This document shows positions 26,879-37,100 of a DNA stretch of 64,000 nt, piece after piece. Position numbers and translations under genes: made by a program. This stretch comes from an uncultured virus (IMG/VR IMGVR_UViG_3300044490_000560). Its lineage: Duplodnaviria > Heunggongvirae > Uroviricota > Caudoviricetes. Location of the stretch: the IMG/VR virus record IMGVR_UViG_3300044490_000560; one strand, 5' to 3'. Position 1 is the stretch's first letter. Every line of letters starts with the position of its first letter. The notes under the pieces are model-generated. The model was not told the origin of the DNA, searched no databases, and saw only the letters and a list, made by a program, of their open reading frames with translations.

Positions 26879-28942
26879 ATGAGTAATCGACTGGTGGCCG
26901 TGGACTTCGAGACGTTTTACGACAGCAAGGCCGGCTATTCGCTGACGGACATGAGTCCGTATACGTACGTGCACGATCGGCGCTTCGACCCGTACTTGGT
27001 GTCGATTGTCGATGAAACGGGTCCAAGCTATGTGGGTCACCCCCTACAATTCGACTGGAATAGCATTAGTACCGGCGCCACGCTGGTCATGCACAACGCC
27101 ACGTTTGACGGCATGGTCCTGCTGCGCCTGATGGAGCAGCGGCTGATTCCGTCCTTTCCGCTCCAGGATCTGTTCGACACGGCGGACATGGTGGCGTTTC
27201 TCGGCTATCCGCGGTCACTCAAGGCCGCTGTCAAGCACCTGCTCGGGATCGAGATCAGCAAGCAGGTGCGCAAGAACATGGACGGAAAGCGCTGGGCGGA
27301 CCTTACGGCCGCGGAGCAAACCGGCCTGCTGGACTACGCGCGGGATGATAGCCAGCTGAGCCTGCAGTTGGCACAGAAGCACCGCCACCAATGGCCCGAT
27401 TGGGAACAGGACATCAGTCGCCTGAACCGCGAGGTCTGCTGGCGCGGCATTCACATCGACCGCGCCGCCGTGTCCAATGGGTTAGCGATCTTGCGGGCTA
27501 AACGCGACGATGCGGCGAAGGCCATGCCGTGGTCTGAGACAACGGCCAGCGGCAACCGCGCGGCGTTTTTGGCACACGTCGCGAAGCTCGGATTGCCGGT
27601 CCCCAGGTCGCTGAACAAGAACGACCCGGAGATGCAGGCGTGGATCAAGCGCTACGCGCCGGAGCACCCGTTCATCCAGGCGCGCATGGTGTACGCTTCG
27701 ATCAACGGGCATATTGGCCGGCTGGAAGGCATGCTGGAACGCTCCGACCCGGTGGACGGGGTCATGCGCTACGAGTCGAAGTACTACGGGGCGCACACCG
27801 GTCGCTGCAGCGGCAAGGGCCGCGAGGGCGAAGAGGGCGGCCGGAAGGTCAACCTCTACAACGTCCCGAAAGGCGACAAGCAAGGTCTGGTGCACGGCGT
27901 GAACATTCGCGGCTTGTGCACGGCGCGCCCGGGGCGCAAGTATCTGATCTTCGACTACTGCCAGATCGAGCCCCGCGTGTTGCAGTGGATCGCGGGCAAC
28001 CGCGCCTTCTTGGCGGCGATCGAGGACGAGAACATCTATCAGGTCGCCGCAAAGCGCATGGGGTGGTGCTTACCGACGGAAACGGACCTGAAAGCGCACG
28101 ATCCCAGCACTTATCTGCGCAGCAAGGCCTCAACGCTCGGGCTGGGATTCCGCATGGGGGCAACCAAGTTCGTGGGCCGTTGTGAGCAGGACGGCATCAA
28201 GCTGGCGCCCGTTCCGCGCGAGCAGTGGAACCTGGACCGGCGGGCGAAGTTCATGCTGCGCAATGTTGCGCGGCTGGACTGGACCAACCCTGCGCTCGAA
28301 GCGGCAGTCGGCACGTTCCTTGCGTCCGACTCGGTCGTGCAGCAGTGGCGTGGGGCGAACGCGGAAGTCGTCCGACTGTGGGAGAATCTCGAACAGGCCC
28401 TGTCCGACGCGGCGCAGCGCGGCGTCCCGTTCCACGCGTTCCGTCTGCCGTCCGGCCGCATGAAGGTGTACTGGAAGCCGCACGTCGTCCTGAAAGCCAA
28501 CGTCATTCTGGACGCCGAGACGGGCGAGGCGTCCACGACGGTCGACCGCAAGCTCTCCGCTTCGCTGGAGTTCGGCAACATCCCCGAGCATATCCACGGC
28601 GGCGTTCTGGCCGAGAACATCGTCCAGTCCATTGCCCGGGACATCATGTTCTTCGGCGCTTTGGCGGTGGTGAAAGAGTGTCCGCGGTGGGACTACGGCC
28701 TGAACTGCTACGACGAACTGATGTTCGAAGTGGACCAGCAGGACGCGGTTCGCGCCAACGAAGTCATTCCATACCTGCTGTGCAACGCGCCGGCCTTGAA
28801 GGCCTGGACCGCCGGCCTGCCGATCAGCGTCGAAGGCGGGATCGCGGATCGGTACACCAAGTGGGAAAAGGACTGGCGGGTGTGGCCCGGGACGACGGGC
28901 TTCTCCCCGCAGATCGTGTCGCAGTACTCCATCAAGCCGTGA
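26879..28942 (+). CDS. family A DNA polymerase with 3'-5' exonuclease
   Basis: Exo DFET, HNATFD, YARDD; HTGR; motif A DYCQIEPR; motif B KASTLGLGF; ENIVQ; motif C YDE. Confidence 0.95.
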   Translation: MSNRLVAVDFETFYDSKAGYSLTDMSPYTYVHDRRFDPYLVSIVDETGPSYVGHPLQFDWNSISTGATLVMHNATFDGMVLLRLMEQRLIPSFPLQDLFDTADMVAFLGYPRSLKAAVKHLLGIEISKQVRKNMDGKRWADLTAAEQTGLLDYARDDSQLSLQLAQKHRHQWPDWEQDISRLNREVCWRGIHIDRAAVSNGLAILRAKRDDAAKAMPWSETTASGNRAAFLAHVAKLGLPVPRSLNKNDPEMQAWIKRYAPEHPFIQARMVYASINGHIGRLEGMLERSDPVDGVMRYESKYYGAHTGRCSGKGREGEEGGRKVNLYNVPKGDKQGLVHGVNIRGLCTARPGRKYLIFDYCQIEPRVLQWIAGNRAFLAAIEDENIYQVAAKRMGWCLPTETDLKAHDPSTYLRSKASTLGLGFRMGATKFVGRCEQDGIKLAPVPREQWNLDRRAKFMLRNVARLDWTNPALEAAVGTFLASDSVVQQWRGANAEVVRLWENLEQALSDAAQRGVPFHAFRLPSGRMKVYWKPHVVLKANVILDAETGEASTTVDRKLSASLEFGNIPEHIHGGVLAENIVQSIARDIMFFGALAVVKECPRWDYGLNCYDELMFEVDQQDAVRANEVIPYLLCNAPALKAWTAGLPISVEGGIADRYTKWEKDWRVWPGTTGFSPQIVSQYSIKP

Positions 28943-29622
28943 ATGTGCTTCCACAAGGCTGCCCCGTCATGCCGGCTCCACCCGTCCTGCCGGTGGACAA
29001 CCCGGGCCCCTTTACGCTCGCCGCCATCAACGCCGCGCCGGCGACGTACGCATACTACACGCGCGCCTTCCAGGACCGGTGGCCGTCGGCGTTTCGTTGG
29101 ACCGCCTACGCGTACCGCACGGCGCTGGTGGGCCTGTTGCCGACCTGCGACCCGTTCTTTCACCTGTACATGCCCACCTACGAGCCGGAAGGCGACCTTC
29201 TGTGGTTCCTCCGCGACTACCTGGGGGCACTGCTTCTGTCTCGGCCGGCCTGCGCGAATGAATGGGCGTGCTACACGTACGGGACGACCACGCAGTTGTA
29301 CGCACGGAACCCGCTGGTGCGGTGGATCCAGCCGTCCAACCGCCCGCCCGACGTGAGGCCGTCGACGGTCTGGATGGGCGTCGGATTCGTGCTTCACGCG
29401 GATCCCGGCCCGTACCGTTTTCGGGAACAGAGTTGGACACCGAAGTCACGACGAGCGTTGATGCAGGAGCAGGCGACTTTCGCTCGGATCCTGTGCGACG
29501 CCTTGGAGAACCCAGAATGCAGACCCCTGATGCACCCGCGCAACATAGCGATCGTGCGCGCGTTTGGACAGACTGCGCGACCTGTGCTCGAAAACATCTG
29601 GCAGCGGCTTACGCGTTCCTGA
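28939..29622 (+). CDS. hypothetical protein
   Basis: GTGA coupling to polymerase stop; alternative ATG at 28969. Confidence 0.55.
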   Translation: MNVLPQGCPVMPAPPVLPVDNPGPFTLAAINAAPATYAYYTRAFQDRWPSAFRWTAYAYRTALVGLLPTCDPFFHLYMPTYEPEGDLLWFLRDYLGALLLSRPACANEWACYTYGTTTQLYARNPLVRWIQPSNRPPDVRPSTVWMGVGFVLHADPGPYRFREQSWTPKSRRALMQEQATFARILCDALENPECRPLMHPRNIAIVRAFGQTARPVLENIWQRLTRS

Positions 29623-30101
29623 CCGCCGAGCCGCGCCAGTCGGTCGATGTGATTAGTGCCGACCCGGCGCCGATCTTCCTTGGCCGCGCCAGGATCGCCG
29701 AGTTCGAAGCGTACACCGGCTACCCTGGGAACCTCAGCCTGGCCCGGGGTTGCTTGGCCGCGATCGAGACGGACGGCGCTTGGCCGCTCACTGAACGCAA
29801 ACTGATCCGGCTTTCTCGGGTTGGTTGGGATCCGGGGAAGGTGAGTCCTGAGCGGTGCGGGGGCTGGCATCACGTGTCGGTCGTCGCCATGGCCGCGGCT
29901 CACCTGCTGGAGGCTGTTCGGGAATTGCCGACCGTGTGGGAGCATTTTCAGGACATGGACCTGTTCGACGATGGCGGCAGATTCATGTGTGACGAACGGG
30001 ACGAACTGTTGAATCGCGTATTGACCGCCCTGCGATGGGTGGAGCGCACGTACCTGCCAGTCACGGGAGAGGCCGATGAAGTCACGCCAACTCAAGTTTG
30101 A
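29517..30101 (+). CDS. hypothetical protein (CxxCxxKH motif)
   Basis: GGAG RBS; DCATCARKHL. Confidence 0.55.
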   Translation: MQTPDAPAQHSDRARVWTDCATCARKHLAAAYAFLTAEPRQSVDVISADPAPIFLGRARIAEFEAYTGYPGNLSLARGCLAAIETDGAWPLTERKLIRLSRVGWDPGKVSPERCGGWHHVSVVAMAAAHLLEAVRELPTVWEHFQDMDLFDDGGRFMCDERDELLNRVLTALRWVERTYLPVTGEADEVTPTQV

Positions 30102-30693
30102 GGAAGTTTCGGACTGCGTGCTCGTGGGCGTGGACCCAGGTTCGGTCCATTCCGCCATCGTGTGCATCTCCTACCAGAACCGTGCGGCGACGCTGTTGGC
30201 GGCCAAGTACCCCGCGAACCGGGTCTTGGCGCAGTTGACTGATTTCTGGACTTGCGTGGAACTCCCGGATCTGTCGAACGATCGTCCGACGTTCCTGTGT
30301 TACGAAAGCTGCGCCAATCAGGGGGTTGTCGCGGGCGCCGAGACGTACGAGACGGCGGCGATCGGCGGGGAAATCCGCCGGGCCTTGCGGCCGTTCGTCG
30401 ATGGGACGTATGTGTTCAATCCGTCCGACTGGCGGTACCACCTGACCGGGCAAGGGAATGCCAAGACGGCCCTGATCTACGCGGAGTGCTGCCGGTTCTT
30501 CCAGCCGTCCGGGGGCGGCAGCAACCCGTACCGTGGCACCAAAGGGAAGCCCGGTCCACTTGCGGACTTGCACAAGGCCGGCGCTGGCGATAACATGGAG
30601 CACATGAAGGACGCTCTGGGTGTCGCGCTGGCGTTGACCCGAGTGCGGTTTCGGGCCGCGCAGGACCCGGAGTACTTTCGGAGGCCGTGGTGA
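30076..30693 (+). CDS. RuvC-like Holliday junction resolvase
   Basis: LVGVDPG, YE, PSDWR...TGxGNAK, DALGVA. Confidence 0.8.
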   Translation: MKSRQLKFEEVSDCVLVGVDPGSVHSAIVCISYQNRAATLLAAKYPANRVLAQLTDFWTCVELPDLSNDRPTFLCYESCANQGVVAGAETYETAAIGGEIRRALRPFVDGTYVFNPSDWRYHLTGQGNAKTALIYAECCRFFQPSGGGSNPYRGTKGKPGPLADLHKAGAGDNMEHMKDALGVALALTRVRFRAAQDPEYFRRPW

Positions 30694-31358
30694 GCGACGA
30701 CTTCATCGCCGTGGACGAAGAGCTGCCGGAGGGGGAGTTGCTGCCCGAACCGGTCGGCAACAACGCGCCGGCGGACCGCATGCTGAGTCTGGTGCCGCTG
30801 CCGGACGAGGATGCGTATCCCCTGCTGTACGACGCCACCAAGCACCGGGCCGCGTACAAGCTGTTCATCGCGGAGCGGCGGGACTTCCCCACCATCTCGA
30901 CGGACTTGGGCATCCCGCTTGTGACGGTGCTGCGGTGGGCGCAGCTGGGCGACTGGCCGACCCGGCGATCGACGCTACTGCGCGTGCAGGAACGTGACGA
31001 AGCGCAGCAGATCTCGCTGCAACGGATGGCCAAGCGGCGGCAGGCCCTGGCGGACCAGGCGAAGGTGGGCGAGCAGCTGCTACGCCAAGTGAGCCGGGCC
31101 GCGGAAGACGTCTCCGATCCGGAAGCCCTGAAGTTCCTGGCAGACGCGGCCAAGTCCGCCAGTGTCGTCAGTGGGGCGGCCCTGGGGGTGGACGCGGCCG
31201 GGCGCGTCGAGTCCGAGGACCGGCGCGAACAGGAGGCCGCCGGCGGCGCCAGCGGGAAACAGCCGCTAGTGGTGATCGTGCAGGGCGGCGGCTTGCCGAC
31301 CGTGCGACGGGCCGCCAAAACACCAGTTGACGTTCCGGACGAAAGTGCGGTACAGTGA
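30687..31358 (+). CDS. HTH protein, possible terminase small subunit
   Basis: HTH-like ISTDLGIPLVTVLRWAQLGDW followed by coiled coil. Confidence 0.5.
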   Translation: MVSDDFIAVDEELPEGELLPEPVGNNAPADRMLSLVPLPDEDAYPLLYDATKHRAAYKLFIAERRDFPTISTDLGIPLVTVLRWAQLGDWPTRRSTLLRVQERDEAQQISLQRMAKRRQALADQAKVGEQLLRQVSRAAEDVSDPEALKFLADAAKSASVVSGAALGVDAAGRVESEDRREQEAAGGASGKQPLVVIVQGGGLPTVRRAAKTPVDVPDESAVQ

Positions 31359-31407
31359 TGCAATGCAACGGGAGATAGGCTCCCCGCGCACGAAAGGAAA
31401 GAAAGCC

Positions 31408-31977
31408 ATGCAACCACAGACGCTGCCGTGTTTGTTCCAGGTCAGTGATACGACGCCCAGGGCCGTCCTGCGCGTCGGGTACGAAGGGACGGGGATCGTA
31501 TTCTACTTGGTGCGTTGTCGCAACGCCGCGGCCTTTCGCGACTACACACAGACATTCCGGCTGGAGGCCCCCATGTCGACGAAGGCCGTCCCGGCAGGCA
31601 AGACGTATCGCCGCTGCGGCGAGGCATGGGGGGCGATCCTGCCGGAGGTCCTGAACGGCGTGCTGATCGAGATCCACTGCGTCGTCCTGGCTCAAGCGGA
31701 GGCGGACCGGCGCGAAGAGCTTCGGTGCTGGCGGCATGAGATCGGGCACGCCGCCGATCTGGCGAAGCCGGCCGTGGAGACGCTTCTGGCATTTGTGCAC
31801 ACAAATCCGAAGGGTTGTGTGCGGATGCACGAACGCGTCTTGGAGATCCCCGCACTCATTACGGAGCTGCTGTGCGACGCCGTGGACATCGGCTTCGCTC
31901 CGCGTACGGCGGACACGACCTTCCTCGCGCCGCAGTCCGGATTTCCGATGCTCTTCAAACCCGGGGCCTTGGCATGA
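31408..31977 (+). CDS. HExxH metallopeptidase-like protein
   Basis: RHEIGH with downstream E; AAGGA RBS; possible TTGACG-18-TACAGT promoter at 31327-31356. Confidence 0.55.
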   Translation: MQPQTLPCLFQVSDTTPRAVLRVGYEGTGIVFYLVRCRNAAAFRDYTQTFRLEAPMSTKAVPAGKTYRRCGEAWGAILPEVLNGVLIEIHCVVLAQAEADRREELRCWRHEIGHAADLAKPAVETLLAFVHTNPKGCVRMHERVLEIPALITELLCDAVDIGFAPRTADTTFLAPQSGFPMLFKPGALA

Positions 31978-32267
31978 ACGATCCCGTCGAATCCCGCCAC
32001 GTCAAAACCGTCCGCCGCCGCGCCGCGTACCTCAAACGGAAACTGGACGCGACCAGCGACGATTACAACGGACGGCTCTACGACCAGCACGAGTACGATG
32101 CGCTCGTGTGGCTGTTGGCGCGGGCGGGATTCGCGGAGGATCGTGGCGGCGATGAACAGCCGCCCCGGCGCGACGAAATCGCGCCGCCACGCTGGCACCG
32201 TAACCGCGCCGACGACCCGGATCGACCGCCCCGGGCGTCGCGCTACTTCCCCGGCGGTCACCCGTAA
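31974..32267 (+). CDS. hypothetical protein
   Basis: ATGA coupling. Confidence 0.55.
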   Translation: MNDPVESRHVKTVRRRAAYLKRKLDATSDDYNGRLYDQHEYDALVWLLARAGFAEDRGGDEQPPRRDEIAPPRWHRNRADDPDRPPRASRYFPGGHP

Positions 32268-32275
32268 GGAAAGCC

Positions 32276-32893
32276 ATGCACGAAGATCCGACCCAAGACC
32301 GCGGGCCGTGGCTGGAGACTGCCTCCGGCAATCGGTTCTGGCTGCTTGATCCTAAACCCGAAGAAGTGCACCTGTGGGACGTCGCAACGCACCTGTCGAA
32401 CATATGTCGCTTCGGCGGCATGCTCGATACGAACGAGTTCTATAGCGTCGCGCAGCATTCGGTGCTCGTCAGTCTCGACGTTCAAGACCCCGCCCATGCG
32501 TTGCAGGGTCTGTTTCACGACGCGGCGGAAGCGTACTGCCTGGACATTCCGCGACCGCTCAAGCGTGTATTGACTGGGTACAAAGCGATCGAAACCCGCA
32601 TTGCCGAAGCTGTGGCCTTGCGGCTTGGCCGGCCGCCGACGTGGCTGACGACTGGTCTTCCGGTCGACGTCCATCGCAGTGATAATCGGGTTCTACTCGC
32701 CGAGCGGCGGGATCTGCGCGTGCAGTCGGGTTTTCAATGGGGGATTGACGAAGAGGCGGCACAGCTCGGCGTGTTCTCGCGATCACCGTTGGAAGCGTTC
32801 CGGTGGTTCGTCGAGCGCGCCATTCAACTTGGCATCCCGGCGTACGAGTTTCGTCGTCCGGCAGTCCTACCGGCGCAAGAGGGAAGAGTGTAA
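32276..32893 (+). CDS. HD-domain deoxynucleotide phosphohydrolase (YfbR/YfdR-like)
   Basis: LSNICRFGG, YSVAQHS, HDAAEAY..DIPRPLK. Confidence 0.9.
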   Translation: MHEDPTQDRGPWLETASGNRFWLLDPKPEEVHLWDVATHLSNICRFGGMLDTNEFYSVAQHSVLVSLDVQDPAHALQGLFHDAAEAYCLDIPRPLKRVLTGYKAIETRIAEAVALRLGRPPTWLTTGLPVDVHRSDNRVLLAERRDLRVQSGFQWGIDEEAAQLGVFSRSPLEAFRWFVERAIQLGIPAYEFRRPAVLPAQEGRV

Positions 32894-32895
32894 CC

Positions 32896-33366
32896 ATGAC
32901 TACTGAATCACCCGCGTCCCTTGTGACCATACTGCCGGAAGACTCTAAGATGCGCAAGAGCTTCCCCGTCTATTCGGGGGTGCTGAACTACTTCCCGGAT
33001 GCAGTCGCGATCGTAGCGCGCGTGTCCTGGATGGGCAACGAGCAACACCATCCCGGCACGCCGCTCCACTGGGACAAGTCCAAGTCGCAGGACGAACCGG
33101 ATGCGCTGCTGCGCCACCTGCTCGAAGGCCGCTACGATCAGGCGGCCTGGCGGGCGTTGGCCCTGCTGCAGCGCAAGCTGGACGCCGGCTGGAGGCCGCC
33201 GTGGTGGTCAGACACGCGGGAGCCGTCGTGGCTGGCGGGGGTGATCGCCGAACAGCGGGCCGCGTTGGCCCAAAACGTCACTTCGTCGGTAGACCAGCCC
33301 GCACCTTGTCCAGGTACCACTTCGGCGCCGAGCCGTCCGGATTGCGCCACGTCCCGCCCAGCGTAA
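32896..33366 (+). CDS. DUF5664-like dATP/dGTP diphosphohydrolase domain protein
   Basis: YFPDA..VARVS..GNEQH, LHW, DALLRHL, AAWRALALLQ. Confidence 0.75.
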   Translation: MTTESPASLVTILPEDSKMRKSFPVYSGVLNYFPDAVAIVARVSWMGNEQHHPGTPLHWDKSKSQDEPDALLRHLLEGRYDQAAWRALALLQRKLDAGWRPPWWSDTREPSWLAGVIAEQRAALAQNVTSSVDQPAPCPGTTSAPSRPDCATSRPA

Positions 33367-34165
33367 CCGGGTCCGTCGTCCCGCGGTCATAACGGTGCTC
33401 CAGGATGACCTTGGCCATGGCCCTGGACAGTTGCGGGTTGGCGCGATCCTCCGGCGACCAGATCTTCCGGCCCACGACCCGGTTGGCCTCTTCCACGGCC
33501 GTTACGTGCATCTGGTACCGGCCGACGGCCCTCCCGTTGTCGCCGACGTCCGCGTCTGATCGCGCGCCCTCCGCGTACAGGAGCGCCGCCAGCACGTGAT
33601 CGATCGTGCGCTGGCGCCGATAGATGTCCATGGCCGTAGGCGGCGGGCGGGTCTTGCCGCCCTTCATCGCCGCCATGGCCTGCTCCGCCGGCGGCGCGGG
33701 CTCGACGGGCGCTTCGGGGGCGACCTGCTCGACCGGCGGCGCCGGCGGCTCGATGTCCGGGACCTCCTCTGGATCTGGTTGGATGGGCGCTTCGACCGGC
33801 CCGCGGGCGCCGCCAGCGGCGACGCTCTCGCGGAGCTTCTTGACCGACGCGGCGTCCGGGTGGGCCGTGCCGATCATCTCGTACACGCGGTCCAGGAACT
33901 GCACCGTCTCCTGCTCCTGTTCCGGTGTCGGCGTGACGGACGTGTCGTGCGTGGCGATACGCGCCACGATCGTCCGATTCAGGGCGACCGGATCGGTCGC
34001 GTAGGCAGTCCCCTTGAAGAACTTCGCCTGCGCGGCGGTCACGGCGAACTTCGGCGTGAACCGCATGTCCTCCATGGCGAGCCGGAGGGCCTCGTCCCAT
34101 GCGACGGCCAGAGCGTCCCGCTTGTCTTGAAACACGTCGGGGTTAATCAGGATTTCACCGGGCAT
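33278..34165 (-). CDS. virion protein with C-terminal lysozyme-like (SLT/destabilase-type) domain
   Basis: AE...VGDNGRAVGRYQM motif; Pro/Glu linker; last gene of virion arm. Confidence 0.75.
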   Translation of the reverse strand: MPGEILINPDVFQDKRDALAVAWDEALRLAMEDMRFTPKFAVTAAQAKFFKGTAYATDPVALNRTIVARIATHDTSVTPTPEQEQETVQFLDRVYEMIGTAHPDAASVKKLRESVAAGGARGPVEAPIQPDPEEVPDIEPPAPPVEQVAPEAPVEPAPPAEQAMAAMKGGKTRPPPTAMDIYRRQRTIDHVLAALLYAEGARSDADVGDNGRAVGRYQMHVTAVEEANRVVGRKIWSPEDRANPQLSRAMAKVILEHRYDRGTTDPVTLGGTWRNPDGSAPKWYLDKVRAGLPTK

Positions 34166-37100
34166 TGGCGTCCGCCTTTCGTCCAGTCAGCCGGAAGTGT
34201 CCGGCTGCTTCGGGGTTGTCTTTGAAGAACTTCAGGTCTTCGGGAGTCAGTTCCGCGGTCGGCACGATCCGATAGCCGAGGATTGTCTCGGGCACCTTGT
34301 CCGTCGCCAGCATGCCCGAGACGTCGCCGCCCAGGGCCGCCGACTGCTTCAGGCGCGGATCCGTCTTGCGGCCGTACGGGTTCTGGAACGCCTCGCGCAG
34401 CAGCTCCCGGGTCATATCCAGCGTCTTGCCGCGACGGTCGATGTTCTGCGACTTGTCGTTCGTGCGGATTGACGCCGCGAGGTTCTTGAAGATGACGTCC
34501 AAGCGGTACAAGGACCGGGCCACCTCCTCCAGTTCGCGCAGGTTACCAGTCCCTTCCGGGAACGCCGGCAGGGCGTTGTGGATGCGCCGATACAGCGGCG
34601 TGCGCGCCACGGACAGCGCGTCCTTCAACGCCTCTTGCGGGTTGTAGCCGTTGCGCCGGATCGCCTCCATCTCTTCGATCACCATGGCGCGCAGGTCGGT
34701 GAACGCCTGTTGCGGCGCATCGGCCTTGGAGCCGAGGGCGTACGGCCGCCCGCGCAGGAGCGCCATGTACGAGTCCGCGTTGGCCCACTCGGTGAACCGC
34801 TCGGCCATCTTCTTGATGGCGGCGGTCTTGGACATGCCCTTCGACGTCACGCCAACCGCGGACAGCAGGCCGGCCTCCGGCTTCTGGGCCACGCCCATGG
34901 CGGAGAACGGGGTGAACGCGCGAACCAGGTTCAGGGAGGCGGACTTCTCCGAGTCGATCGACAGCCACCGCTTCCAGAAGCTCACGTCCTTGAACGGCAT
35001 GTCCATGCCGGTGCCCGGGCTCTTGCCGAACACCCCTTCGATCATGCGCTGCGCGGGCATGGACATCTTGCCCAGGAACGTCGAGAACGGATCGGCGAAC
35101 CAGCCCGCGACTTCCCAGCCCTGCTTGCCGAGATTGAAGTAGTAGCGGCGCATCCGGGTCGTGGTGTTGGCCGGACCCTCCTGGCCGGTCAGGGCGGGGA
35201 TCAGATTCCCCACCGGCACCGCCAGCGGCCCTTGTCCGATCGCAGGCAAGGTCGTCTTTTTGACGTCGCCAAGGGTCTTCCCACCCCAACCGGCCATCGC
35301 GGCTGCCGCCGCGCCCGCGGCGGCATAGCCGGCGGCTCCAGGCAGCCCGCCCAGCATCGCGCCAGCCAAGCCCGCCCCGCCGACCGCGGTCGGCAGAGCC
35401 GGCGCCTTGGCCATCATGCGCAGCAGCGGCGTGATGTCCCAGGTCATGCGGGCCGCATCGCCCTTGCCGGCTTCGTTCTGCCACGCGAACCACTTGTCGT
35501 CGTCCGTCTTGACGCCTGCGGCCTTGGCCGCGGCGGTGGACATCATCTGCAGGAACACCGGCACGCCGAGCATCACGCCGCCGTACATTCGCACCCAGCG
35601 GCCGAAGAGGAACTTGCGGAACTCGGCGTTGTGAGTCTGGCCGAACAGCTTCTGGGTCAGCAGATTCCCGCCGCCGGCCTCCCATGCGCCTAGGGTCCAT
35701 TCCCACGAGAAGAGCAGCGTCTTCCAGGTCCGCTGCATCTTCGGGGTCATCCACGGATACATCGCCGGGTCGATGCCGCCGACTTCGCTGTTGATGTAGT
35801 GCGCCCAGCGCTTCATGTCGCGCACCGGGTCCCACCAGCGGCCGGCCTCGATCGCCTTCCGGCGAAGGATGTTGTTCATCTGCGTGAAGACGGCCAGCTT
35901 GGTCGCATTGATCACGTACTCGAAGGCGAGTTCCGAACTGTGCTCCAGCGCCCCTTCCAGCAGAGCCCGCGCGTTCCGAGCCGCCCGACTGCCCATGGTC
36001 GCCCGGACGTTGTCGACAACGCCCTTGATGTCACGCGCCAGGACGCGGCGGTCCGAATCGAGCATGTTGCGGGCACGGTCGTTGAACATCAGACCGGCCA
36101 GCATCGCTTGCGTCTTCATCTCCACCAGGCTCGGGTCGTCGGAGCCGATGGCCCGCAGGATCTCCCGCATCCCGGGCGCATTCGGATCCATGCCGCCGGC
36201 GCGGAAGATTTTGGCGAGGAACCCGTCGCCCTCCGAGGCGGAGCGCATGAACCGGGAACCGGACCGGCTGAACCCGAGGACCGTCGGCCAGAAGCCCGTG
36301 GCGGCCCACGGCGACTCGAACGCCGTGGCGATCGGGAAGAACAGCGATGCCATGACGGAAATGGACTTGGACCAGGACAGCGTGCTGTTCAGCCAGTGCA
36401 GTTGCGCGCCGGGGTTGCCGAAGTTGGGAATGGCCAGCGTCTGGCGCACGATGTTCGCGGCCTCGCCGCCGCCGAACACATCCATGACGGCCTTGGTGTC
36501 ATCACCAACAGGATTGGCAGCCGCGGCGATCTTCTCGAATGTCTCCATGCCGGGCGGAATGACGATCTTGTCCGTGAAGACGTAGCGGCGGACCCCGTGG
36601 GCGCTTTGCTGCTCGGACGTCGTGGTCAGCTTGCCGGGGACGATCAGGTCGTACAGGCGCGCCGCGTTCTCGCGGCCCGTCTGGCTTTCGTTGTACGTGA
36701 TGGTGTTGGCGGTCGGGTCGCCATGCACGCGCACCCAGCGCCGCGCGACCAGCTCCCACACGCGCTCCGGGACCGTGTCGTCATTCGGGTTGGCGCCCGG
36801 CTTCGCATAGACCAGCGGCCGGCCCGTCTCGTCGTTGGCGAACAGCAGCTGGTTGACGGCCTGACGGTAGCGAGTGGCGTTGGCAGTGTCCTGGGCATGC
36901 CGCGCCAGCAGTTCGTCCGCGCCCAGGTTCATCGGGAGCGCGCCCGTGATGTCGTAGATGGTCGAGTGCGTCACGCCGGCCGTCGCCTCAGCCTCGCCGC
37001 TCTGGGCGATCTGCTCGGCGATCGCGCGCGTGAGGGCGTGCAGGCCGGCATTCTCCATGGACAGGTTGTTTTCCGTCCCGCCCTGCCAGGCGGTCCGGTA

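Noticed and set aside
26879..33366. Definite Z-genome (2-aminoadenine) pathway
   Set aside because: No PurZ/adenylosuccinate-synthetase-like gene in the window; kept only as a hypothesis.
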